A stretch of 64,000 nucleotides of DNA from Prorocentrum cordatum (Eukaryota): NCBI GenBank assembly GCA_963575745.1, contig CAUYUJ010000015.1, positions 62,001 through 126,000 on the forward strand, given 5' to 3'. Position numbers and translations under genes: made by a program. Of the stretch, positions 38,049-49,562 are shown piece after piece (positions within the stretch are counted from its first letter, which is position 1; the number at the start of each line of letters is the position of its first letter). Below the pieces are notes generated by a model. The model had not been told where the DNA came from. It saw only the letters and a list, made by a program, of their open reading frames with translations, and did not search any database.

Positions 38049-39889
38049 TACGTGGCGCGGTTACTCACTACGCGTGTTCGGCACGAGCGTTCAGTGCACA
38101 TGTTTTGCGCGCGCATCCGGCAAGGGCGTGCGGTATACGTGCGATGCCCATGTGTTTCTGTTTATTGCCCACTCTGTGCTCGTGAGTCTGGGCCGAGACT
38201 GCGTGCCAAACGCGGGTGCCGGTCTCGTGCAATCGGAACCGTGGCCCGAATGCTGGGCAGGCGTGCTCACAGTCTGGCTATGCCAGGGACACACCTAAAT
38301 CTGAGGATGGTTGTCTTATTCTGAGGGCAACTATCGCATCTGCACCCGCTTGGACCCCGTTCAGTGATAGCACAGTTGGGGCACTGCACGCACATACCTG
38401 CGTAGCATGTGTGCTGGTGTGATTTGTCGCTTCCATCCCATGTGGAGCTTTCCCCCCCGTCCCGTATATCGGCCACGTTCGCAGGACAAGCTCGTGGGTC
38501 GAGAGTACCGGGAGCAATTCGGGGGATGCCAGCCCGTCGGGTTTGGTTCGGGCGATGCCAGCCCATCCTCGGCGCGAGCGCCAATGTGGCCCCTGGGGGC
38601 CGCCAGGCTCGACCATAGAGGGACCTTTCGCTGAAACATGGCCCCTGCAGGGGCGGATGCATCAGCATAGGTAAGTTGCATCTTGAATTGCCCCCCCTAA
38701 CGTTGCACAAGTTCGGCGCACGCGTTTACCTCCTCGGTGCTGCTGCTGCTGCTGCCGGCCTGGGCCTGCTGCGACGCCTCCGGCGGCCCCGCTGGCGCCT
38801 CTGCCGGCCTCCTGAGAGGCCCCCCAGCGCCTTCTGGATCCTCGGGCAACGGCGTGGTTGGCAGGGCCCTGGGTTCGCGTCTGCCGCGGCGGCGGCGGAG
38901 CTCGGCCGCGGCGGCGGCGGCGCGTCTGCCAGCGCTATCCTTGTCGACCCCTGGAGCGTTTCTTCCATGGTCTACCCCATCAGTGCCCGAGGGGGGATGT
39001 GAGGGGGACCACTTCAGGTGACCGAAAAGCGCATGCATCTCGGCCTTCAGGTTCACTCGGATTCTTTCCCCCCTCCCTCCCTGCCCCTCCCCCCCCTTTT
39101 TCCTCCCCCCCCCCTCCAGACTATGGTTTCTCTCCGTCTTCCTTCTTCCTGGCCTCCTGCGCGGTCGGTCGAAACCGCTCGGCGTGGCCCGAGGCGGCCA
39201 GAGGCCACTAAGATCGCTCCAAGACGATCCCAGAGGGCCCCGAAACGGCCGAGGAGGACGCTGGTCTCCTCCCTCCCTCGAGCCCAAACTTGAGGGGTCA
39301 AGTTTGAGCCAAACTTGAAAGGTCAAGTTTGATTTCAGTCTCCATCCTCTTGCGGGGTCAATTTTGAACCCAGACTTGAGGGCTCAAGTTTGAGTCCTGC
39401 CGGCGTCAATACTGTTGAAGCGTTTCTCGTGCGGTTGTTTGTGATTGCACTGCGGAGGGCCCTTGTCGCTTTGGCGCTGTTTGGTTGTATGTGGGTGCGT
39501 GCTTGTGATTGTGCTGCCGAGGGCTGCTCACGTTGGCGTTGTTAGGCTGCGTCCGAACGGGGGACGTTTCCCGCATTTCGCCCCTGAGCGGGGACCCGAG
39601 GAGCCCCCAAGAGGGACTCAAGCAGCCCCCAAGAGAGGCCACCAGGAGGGTCCCAACTGGGGCCAAGAAGTGCCCCAGGGCGGGACCCCTTGGGAGGCCG
39701 TGCAAACGCGCTTAGAGACCCCGTCTGGGCCCGCACGCGCAAGCACGAGCCTCGACAGGTCACCGACTTCGGTGAATTCCAGGGCCTCCCAAAAGGCGAG
39801 GCCTCAAGGGGGCCTCGAACGTTCACCGACATCGGGCAATGTTGGGGCCCTAAGCGCACATCTCTAGATCACAAGTGAGTTGGGGGTGA

Positions 39890-41503
39890 TTCCTCGAGCA
39901 AAAGCTTCAAGAGCAGTGGGCGCAAGGTAATGCCTCGACCATTGCCCACAAGATCGGCCTGCCGCCCGAAGCGCAGCTAGATTTTAGCATCGCGCGGCGC
40001 CTCATCGCTGAGCGCAGCTTCTCCCAACGCGAGTGCGGCGTGCTTTTGTCGTTTTTATGCCAGCCCGTGTGGACGGCGCACCAACTTCGACGGGCATACT
40101 ACGATGTGGACCCCAGGTGCATATGCGGAGGGACCTCCGACTCCATTTCGCACAGGTTGAATCACTGCCCATGCGCCCGCCAGCTCCGCGACGAGCTACT
40201 CACCGAAGCGGACAGGGTATTGATTTCCGACCCCCATCGGGACTTCCCATCCGTGTGCGGGTTTCAAGAGCGGCCTCAGGCAGTGGCCACTCCGCCATTA
40301 GATTCCGGCGCGAACACTTACCAATACTGGCGCCCACAGGAAGGGCTCTCGATCAAGGAGGCCTTCTCAGGGGAGGTTTTCACGGACGGCTCCTGCTTTA
40401 AGGATGGCCCCGTGACTTTCCACGCAGCCGGCTGGGCCGTTGCAAAGATCGCGCCAGCCGGGGAGCTCTTCGCTGCGTTATGGGGGGCAGTGGGTGCGGA
40501 CTACCCCCAAACCTCCCCAGCAGCTGAGCATATCGCAGTGTTGGCAGTCATGCAGCACTGCCCACGCGTGACCATTACTTATTCCGATTCCCTCGGACTC
40601 GCAGGGGTGGAGGCGCCGTGGGCCCAGGTCACGGCCAGACAACATGTCTTCGCAGGGCTCCACATGCAGATCCGAGGAGCGCCCTCGTGGACAGAAGACT
40701 TCCAGATAATGAAAATTCAGGCTCATGTGAAGCCAGACGACCTTCCACACATGTCCCAGGAATGGTGGAGAGCTGTAGGGAATGATCTGGCTGACCGCTA
40801 TGCCAAGAGGGGCGCCCGCACATTAGCACAGCCGTCGCTTGCGGAAGTCGACGCATGGACGGACGAACCGGAATCGCTGCGACGATATCTCAAGCACGTG
40901 GTCCAAGTGCTTCTGTTATTCCCCAGGCTGGCGCCTACAAAGGCGCTGCGGCCCACGCTTGACCGCAGTTTACGCCGGCCAGGTTTTACCGCAGGCGTTG
41001 GCGCCGCAAGGCAACTCTTGCCCGCCCCCCCTGCCCTGCCCAGCCCCCCCGTTCCTCTCCCCCCCCCTCCCCGCCCGCCGCCGGTTCCAGCTGGGGCGGC
41101 AGCAGACGCTGCGGCTCCAGGGGGGCACGAGTGGGCATGGGGGCGCACCCGTTGGGCATGTCAGCGCTGCCTTCGGCGTGCGAATCGAGCGCGCAAGCCT
41201 TCGCCAACTGCGCCCCCTTGCCGGGGGCACAACGCAGCCTTCAGCGATTTGGTCTTGAACCCCCGAGGTCACACGCTGCATATCTCCAACTACTCGTTGG
41301 GAGTAGTTTTTATATGCAGCACTTGTGGAGCTTATTCGGAGACGGGGTCGCTGAGGAGGCTCGGCAAGGATTGCAACAGAGGGTTCCCGCCCAATGGGGC
41401 GCGGCACTCCTGGGATATATTCACCCGCGGGCAACGCCCGAATGCAAAGGTTGGCCCTGCGATTTGCTTGGATGAGTATCTCACCGTCTCCGCCCCCCGC
41501 TAA
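39890..41503 (+). mobile_element. 3' part of an RNase H-encoding LINE (Cys/His motif, RNase H, C-terminal Cys/His knuckles)
   Basis: Open frame 39890-41503 with CICGGTSDSISHRLNHC, FTDGS, AAE, YSDS, KIQAH, GNDLADRYAK, and terminal WACQRC and FICSTCG. Confidence 0.8.
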
Positions 41504-41611
41504 GTGTTCGGTCGCTCTCAGGAAAAATTATAGTCTCTGCCGCCGCTTGGTCGTTGTCGTCGTCATCGCATGCCGCCGTTTGGCCGTCGTGGTCGTCATC
41601 GTTGCCCTCCT

Positions 41612-42722
41612 TGGGTCGAAATGAGGCCGGTCCTTCGACCGCGGGTCGAATAAAACGAGTCCGGGGCAGCAGCCCCCTTCGCCGAGAGCGTTCCAGGGGC
41701 CGACCTCGATCGTCCCGGTGAGGGGGGGGCAGGATTTGTCCCTGGAGTTTCGGCCACGTTCGCCGGACAGCCTCAAACAGGGCATGGTCTGCGTCACGGG
41801 CTCGGTGCGTCGAGGGTTGGGGATCCAGTTCCCCACAGTGGCGCAGGCCATGAGGGTTTGTGAGCTGCCGCTGCACGCCCCTGGCCCAACCTGGTTCAGC
41901 CCAACTTACGAATTCGACAACGGGTCGAAAGCAGGAGGGTTCGGCCACGCTCGCCGGACAGCCTCTGTGCTAAAACAGGGCATGGTCTGCGTCACGGACT
42001 CGGTGCGTCGAAGGTTTGGGATCCAGTCGCCCACAGTGGCGCAGGCTATGGGGGTCTGTGAGCTGCCGCTGCACGCTCCCGGGCTGGACCCAAGTCGGGC
42101 CCGCTGGCGGGCCCAACTTGGGTCCAGCCCAACTTGCGGATTCGACAGCGGGTCGAAAGCAGGAGGGTCGAAATGAGGACGCTCCTTCGACCGCGGGTCG
42201 AATAAAACGAGTCCTTGGCAGCAGCCCTCCTCGCCGAGAGCGTTCCAGGGGCCGACCTCGATCGTCCCGTTGAGGGGGGGGCAAGATTTGCCCCCCGAAT
42301 TTCGGCCACGTTCGCCGGACAGCCTCTGTGCTAAAACAGGGCATGGTTTGTGTCACGGACTCGGTGCGTCGAAGGTTGGGGATCCAGTCGCACACAGTGG
42401 CGCAGGCTATGAGGGTTTGTGAGCTGCCGCTGCACGCTCCCGGGCTGGACCCAAGTCGGGCCCGCTGGCGGGCCCAACTTGGGTCCAGCCCAACTTGCGG
42501 ATTCGACAGCGGGTCGAAAGCAGGAAGGTCGAAATGAGGACGCTCCTTCCTTCGACCGCGGGTCGAATAAAACGAATCTGGGGCAGCGGCCCTCCTCGCC
42601 GAGAGCGTTCCAGGGATCGCCCTCGATCGTCCCGTTGGGGGGGCGGGCAGGATTTGTCCCCCGAATTTCGGCCACGTTCGCCGGACAGCCTCTGTGTCAA
42701 AACAGGGCATGGTCTGTGCCAC
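41612..42722. repeat. Tandem repeat, ~360-bp unit, ~3 copies
   Basis: ttcggccacg..ccggacagcc..aaacagggcatgg recurs at ~41749, 41941, 42302 and 42668. Confidence 0.85.
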
Positions 42723-44197
42723 GGACGACTATTTCGTACCCTTTGAAACGCTTGCTGGTCCGGGGGATGCCAGCCCATCCTCGGCACGAGCGCCAATGCG
42801 GCCCCTGGGGGCCGCCAGGCTCAACCATGGAGGGACCTATCGTACAACATGGTCTCTGTAGGGGCGGATATTTGGGAAGTTGCCCGTGCCAGAATCTACG
42901 TTTCCAGATGGCCTCCGGCCACTCTGCTCCAGAGGGCCACCGTGCCCGAGAGGGTGGTGACACCAGTAAACTGGGCCCACTAACGGGGTTGAGGCGCCCC
43001 TAAGCCATATCACTTCAAGCTCCTCCTCCTCCTCCTCCTCCTCCTCCTCCTCCTCCTCCTCTTCCTCCTCCTCCTCGCCCTCCTCCGCCTCCCCCTCGTC
43101 CTCCTCCTCCTCCCCCCTTTTCCTCTTCATCCACCGCGCTTCCGGGAGGGGATCAGGTGGGCGAGGGGAGGGTGGCCCTGTTAGAAGGCAGCGGGGCCTG
43201 CTCGGAGGGGCGGGGGCGCTTCCCAAGGAGGCCTCTCAGATGGTGGGAATGCGTCTGCGAGGATCCAGGGAGGCCCGGTGCCCTCTTGGAAGGCCGCCCA
43301 GCACCACCCAAAGGCGTGCGTGTCCCAAGTCCCCCAAGTGTTTCGGGCCCTCTTGTCGCCGCCGGGGCCCGCTGCGCATCGCAAGACGGCGTGCTCTCGA
43401 AGGCCGCGGGGGCTTCCCGGGAAGGGCCGGGGGCAGCCCGGCCCAGGGACGCATTTGGCAGCCACCCGTCTTTCTGCGCCGCCGGGAGGACAGGAGGCGG
43501 CAGAGGACCCGCCTGGGGGGCTCGCATGCGGCCGCCGCCCGTCGACCGGCCCTGGCACCCAGGCGCCCCGCTGCGACGCCGCCTGGGGCCCCAGGCGGGA
43601 GGAGGCGAGCTCAAACGGGGGAGGGCAACGTTCCCAGGGCTCCCTCGGGCCCTCCCCGCGCCGAGAGCTCGGGCCTCCTGGGGCTCCTACGTCGCAGGTG
43701 TTTGCTTCCCGGCGCACACTGTCTGTAAAGAGCCGTGTGTAGATTGCATTCACAGATGCATTTAAATACACAGACATGCATGTCCCTAGATTTTTACATC
43801 CCGCATGGGAAAAGAAACCCTTCGGATCGCCGCCACCCTCACCCCCATACCTTCTGGACGGTATTCCCCAGCCCCTGGGAATTTGTCGGAAGAGCTCCCG
43901 GAGCGCCGAAAGTGCCCCCCCGCCCCCCCCCCCACACACCAGCCAAAGAGGCCCCCAAACTGGCCCAAGAGGCTCCCAAGGCACCCTAAGAGAATTCCCA
44001 AAATTGCCCAAGAGCGCTACAAGAGGGCCCAAGGCGGCTTCTACACGGCCACATAAGCCCTCAAGACGGCCCAAGAGGCCCACCAGAGGGCAACCCAAAG
44101 GCACAAATCGTTGCATTCCCCTTGGTAAATGTATATCGTTTGGGTATTCTTGACAGCGTCCGAGACGACCCAAAAGGCCCCCAAGATCGTCCCACGG

Positions 44198-46760
44198 TGC
44201 CTCGATGCCGAGGAAGCTGAGATTTCAAAGTGCGATGCTGAAGAGGCTCATAAAAGGTCTATGGCTGCTCGCCTCCGTCGCCGCCAAGCCCTCCGGAGGA
44301 AGTTTCGTCGGCGTGCTGTTTTGGCCTCGGTTATGGATCCTTCTGGTTCCCCTTCCAGCTCTCTTCCTGAGGCCGCTCGTCTTCTTCGGGAACACTGGTC
44401 TGAGGTGTTCAAGGCCCCCTCCGTGGACCAGGAGCTCTGGGATGAGGCGAAACCCTTCATTCAGACCCTTGATGGACCCATTAACTGTGCATGGAAGCTT
44501 GACTACCATGATTGGCGTCAGATGTGGATTAAGCGCAACAAGTCGATGCCAGGCCCTGAGTGGATACCCTACTCTGTCTGGAAACATCATGAGGCCTCCC
44601 GGCTATTGTACTCCTGTTATCTTCTCCTCTTCACAGATAGCGTCACTCAATTACCCGAAGACATGAGGTTGAGCTTGATGGTTTTTCTTCCGAAGGGCAC
44701 GGACCCGAAGGATAATGCTGCTGACGGCCTGGTTCGCTCCCCCTCGTGCACCCGTCCCCTCAGCATGAGCAACACCGATGTGAAAATCCTCGCGAGCGCC
44801 TTCTATCACGCCTGTGGTCTCTAACACCATGCACCTGATAGGGAGCGAGCAAAAATGTGTGAAAGGGAGGGCGATGATATCTAATGTTATCAGGGCGGAG
44901 GGATGGGGCCTTGCTCAGCACCTACGCGATGCTCCTCACCCATCTCTGTTCCTGATGGACTTCGCGTCCGGTTTCCCGTCCCTGGCGCAGTGCTGGCTTT
45001 TCTTTGTGCTCCAGTGCATGGGCATTGACTATTATGGTATACGCTTTTTCGAAATGATGTATGCTGATAACAAGGGGATCATCTGCCTCAATGGTCGCCG
45101 GTTTGATCTTATAGCTGTGGGGGGTAAAGCAAGGTTGTCCAGCTTCAATGTACCTATTCGTAATGGCCGTCGACCCCTCCTGCGATGGCTACGCCACCGA
45201 TGCTCGCGATTTATCGACTTGAACTTAGCATACGCAGATGACTTCTTGTTTGGCCTGGTGAACGTCCTCACCGATCTTAGCCCTGTGCTGCACGGCCTGA
45301 TGCTGCTTGCTAAGATTGCGAATTTACAGCTGAATTTCAAGAAGTGCCAGTTGATTTTATGTGGCACGACCGATCATCAGCGCCTTCGAGAGGTTTTAAA
45401 GAGCTTTGGCGCACCCTTCTGTGAAATTCAAGTCCTCTCCTGGGCTGTGTATCTTGGCTTCCCGATCGGTCCCGAGGCCCACTTGCACGTCTGGCAGTCT
45501 ATCCTTCCTGGGTTCCTGGCTCGGGTGCACCAAACTCGGCTGTTGGGACTGGGCATTGCGAGGTCGGCCTTGGTTTTCCAGGTGATGTGCGTTTCGAAGT
45601 TGCTGTTTCGTCTTCAACTTTATCCTCTGGATCAGCTTCTGGTTCACAAGTTTCGGGGAAGTGTAATGTTGTTGACTTCGGGGCCTCGCAACGCCATCTC
45701 TTATAACATTGCCACCAAGCTGAAGGCGATTGGCTTTGGGATCGAGTTCGTTGAGATTAGCGCTGTCGCACAAGCCGCTGCCCTTCGCTTTATGCTCAAA
45801 TGCCCCGACTTTCCCGGCGTCTTTGAGGAGCTTTGAGAGGACCCGCGATGACCTTGAGCACATCCCTTATCGCTGGCACCGTGGTTGGAACCCCCTCCTC
45901 TTTTCTTGGGCATATGCGGTTGCTCTGGGACAAGTTTTCTGGCCTTAAACCGACGGTCCTGAGGTGGAATCCAAAATCGATCCAGGGTAAGTTGTACAAG
46001 CGTATTCGGGCTCTTGAAGATTCTGAACCTGTTCGGGATACTCTTTTACGGCGTGCTCATTATTTTTGTAAGTCTGTCACTGCCCAGCAGATCGCTCGCA
46101 TGTGTAGTATGGTTAAGAAAGTGTGCAAAGCGAGCTCCATGTATATTGGCATTGCACCGCTTCGAGTTCTGACTGGAGCCTTTTGTACCTCAGCGCGTTT
46201 CCACTCCGCTCCTGCTGGCTGCCTCTTTGGATGCGAAGTAAGGATGGAGGGTCAAGATCTTGATTCTCTGCGTCATTATTCCCATTCTCCGAGGTTCTGT
46301 TCGATTATGTATAAATGGCTTGGTGATCAACTCTGTGTCTCTGAAGGACCCGTGAACCCCAACTGGTTCCACTCTTGCCTCTTCCTCCATTGTGATTCCG
46401 TGCCCGCCTGCTTGAAACGTGCTGCGTGCCTTGATGCGTTCCTGTCGGCTCATAATGCCAGGCGTGCGTCTGCCCGTGGCACGCCCCAGCAGGTCTTTGA
46501 GGCTAGATTGCGCGTCGCTGCCCGCCGCCACAGACAAATAGCTGATGCATGGTCCTCCGAAGGCCAGCCGAGGTCTCGACTGCTCTCTCGTGCCGCTGCC
46601 CCTCCTGTGAGTGCGAGTGCTGGTGAAGCGCTGCCTGTGCGTGCTCCAGGGGCGCCGCGAGGCAGATGGGTGCTTCCCACATCAGGCTGATAGTTGGTGC
46701 TGCCGCACACTTTCACACTGCGCGAGGTCTCTCGCCCACCTTCTCGACAGGAAACCTATA

Positions 46761-46792
<32 letters not shown>
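44198..46792 (+). mobile_element. 5'-truncated non-LTR (LINE) retrotransposon, RT plus C-terminal Cys/His region, frameshifted; (TA)n tail and 15-bp TSD
   Basis: Motifs KSMPGPEWIPY, RPLSMSNTDVKI, MDFASGFPSL, AYADD, LNFKKC, YLGFPIG, CLFGC..DSLRHY. TSD aagatcgtcccacgg at 44183-44197 and 46793-46807. Confidence 0.92.
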
Positions 46793-46795
<3 letters not shown>

Positions 46796-49289
46796 ATCGT
46801 CCCACGGCAACCTAAGAGGCCCCCAAGAGGGTTCCAAGAGAGCCCCGAGACGGCCCAAGACGGCCCAAGACAGGCCGCAGAGGGCCCCAAAAGGGTTTTA
46901 AGGGAACCCCGAGAGGGCCATGTATGGCCCCTAGCCGGCCCAAGAGGACCCAAAGAGGGCCCAAAGACGGCCCAAGGCCCCCCAAGACGGCCCGAGAGGG
47001 CCCCAGGACGGTCCAAGAGAGCCGTAGTACGGCCCAAAGAGCCCCCAAAGGATCTCCAAGAAGGCCCAAGATCCCCCCAGAGACTCCAAATATACTTCCA
47101 AAAGGCTCCCAGAAATCTTCCCAATTGGCTCCCAGAAACGTATTGGAGGTCTCGCAACTACGTCCTGCACAGCGTTGCCAGAAAGGCTTCCAGAAGCCCC
47201 CGATTCACAAACCATTCAGGGCTTCCAGAGGTCCTACAGAAACACGCCGCGAGGCCCCGACGGGCACCCAAGACGCCCCGAACTCACGATCCAGGTCAAG
47301 GGTGTGCCGCCATGCGGCGCGACGGCCCAGGCGGCATGACCACGATCCTCGTCGCGGTCATGTCCGTGTCCCCGCTTCATTGGGCGGCCGCCGCTTTATC
47401 CCTGGGACATCTCATTTCTACCCGCTTCGGCCAGCTGTAAGCCAGTCGACACCGTGAACGCCAAGGCCCCTTAAAGTCCCCTCAAGTCTGAGACCCTCCC
47501 TGAAGGCGTCCAAACAACACCCAGGCCACCTCCAAAACGAGCGTGCACCAGTCGGCTGCAGCTCGTCCTCATTCGCTTCCTGCTTTGCATCTTCTGCTCC
47601 ACCTCCTACTTCGCCATCGTCTTCCATTTTCGCCCCATCGTCATTGGCCAGCTGTAGACCAGCCGGCGCCGTGAACGCGAAGGCCCCTTAAAGCCCACTC
47701 AAGCTGGAGACCTCTCCTAAAGGCGCCCAGAGAACACCCAGGCCACTCCCGCAACGAGCGGACATGAGTCATCGTCATCGTCGTCCATTGGCCACGAGAC
47801 GACCAAGAGAGCCCGCGAGACCCACAAATCAACGATTCTTCCAAACCCGTTGATGGATTCGGATTTGGTGCACGCGGCCCCAAAACGCCCCAGAGGCTTC
47901 CAAGAGACCCGTAGACGGCTCAGAGGTCCCAAGGGCACGTAAGAAGTTTTGAATGTTTGACCACGACAAAGCATTTTCCATTGTGTGTCTCTCTTCTCAC
48001 GGTGTGGCTCGCCACCCCTTCTACGAGCGGTGGCATTCACTCCCCACGCGGTCATCAGCGTCGCCCCCTGGTCGCAACGACCCCTGCCCCTCTCCGGCGA
48101 CCTTCACGTCCGCCCCGCTCCCAGTGCCCGCGGTCCCCCAACATAGTTTTTCTGCCTCGTGATTTTCATTCACCTCGTGGTTCGCACATCAGCTCGCTCG
48201 CTGTCAGATGAGCATTGTGTCATGCCCTTTCCCCCGTTTGGCGACCGTGGGACCGTTCATCTCGTCGTGCCCTTCCCCCTCGTCGGTCTCGCCCCCCTCC
48301 TCCTCTTCTGCGTCCGCGCCGTCCTAGCTGTGGATCACTCGTTTTCTATTGTTTTACTCCGTTCAACCTCATGACACTGCTCCTGGAACGTCATGGCGGC
48401 AACCCCCTTCGTGGTCCCCACCTCTTCCCACCTCGCACGCGTGACTGGCCCCGTTACGCCGATGCCCTGCGCCCAACCAAAAACATGCTTATGGTCCGTC
48501 CCCGGATGATTACCGTGAGCCCTTTCGCGACTATCATTTGTTTTTACCAATCACACATTCACCGAGTGGTTGGGAGTGCATGGACGCAGGACCAAGATTG
48601 AGGCGAAGGGAAACGACAATTCAAATCTTGTGTATATATACATATGTGTAGACATGCTCGTATGCATAGTATAAGGCCAGCGGGTGGTCCGCGATCCAAC
48701 ATCAGTGGCCCGTGGTGTTTGTGGGCTTGGCCCGTGGTTTTTGGTCTTTGTATCTCTGGTCGTGGCCCGTGGACTCTGGTCTCTTGTCGTGATCTTTGCT
48801 TAGCACAGAGTAGCGCAGCAGAGACGCAGTACACAATTTGTCCGTCTCGCATAGTGTAGCGTCGCGCCGTATTCATATAGCTGTTCCGCCTTGCTGTTTC
48901 TCATGAGTATTCTAGAAAGTTCATTACGGTATTATGCAAAGCTCATTACGGTATTATGTAGCCGAGGATGCAATGATTCAACGCCCGCGTTTTGTCCTCG
49001 ATTCGTAGTTTCGGCATCCAGAATCTCGCCTGAGGCCCCAGGGCAATCAAAAAACGGTCCAGCATGATAAACCAGTTTCCAGAAAAACGTCGAGATTCCC
49101 CAAGGTCCCCAAGCAGTGCTTGCCTGAATGGGTCCTCGCGGAAGTTGAAGGATTTGGCGAAAGTGTCCCGCCGATTGTGGTCGCAAGCTGGGTTCCCGGA
49201 GTCCTGGCTGCGGGTTCCCGAGTTCCCGGTTCCGGGTTCCGGGCCGATTTCGGAGGGCGGCGAGGTTCCCGGGTTCGCGGGTTGTTGGT

Positions 49290-49562
49290 CGATCTTCTTA
49301 TCGATCGGTCTCACCATCGATCTCATTACCCACTTCTCTATCGATCCCACCATCGATCTCACCATCGATCTCACAATCGATCTCACTATCGATCTCATGA
49401 GCAATCTCACTAGAGATCGCATGAGCGATCTCGCGATCGATCTCACTATCGATCTCACTGAATCGATTTCACTCTCGGTCTCACGATCGACCTTACAATG
49501 GTCCTCACTATCGATTCCTCTATCGATCTCATTATCGATCTCACAATCGATCTCAAGATCCA
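49290..49562 (-). repeat. 12-bp minisatellite (GTGAGATCGATA)n; same family in opposite orientation at ~61556-61810
   Basis: tcgatctcac units here and gtgagatcga units at 61.6 kb. Confidence 0.85.
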
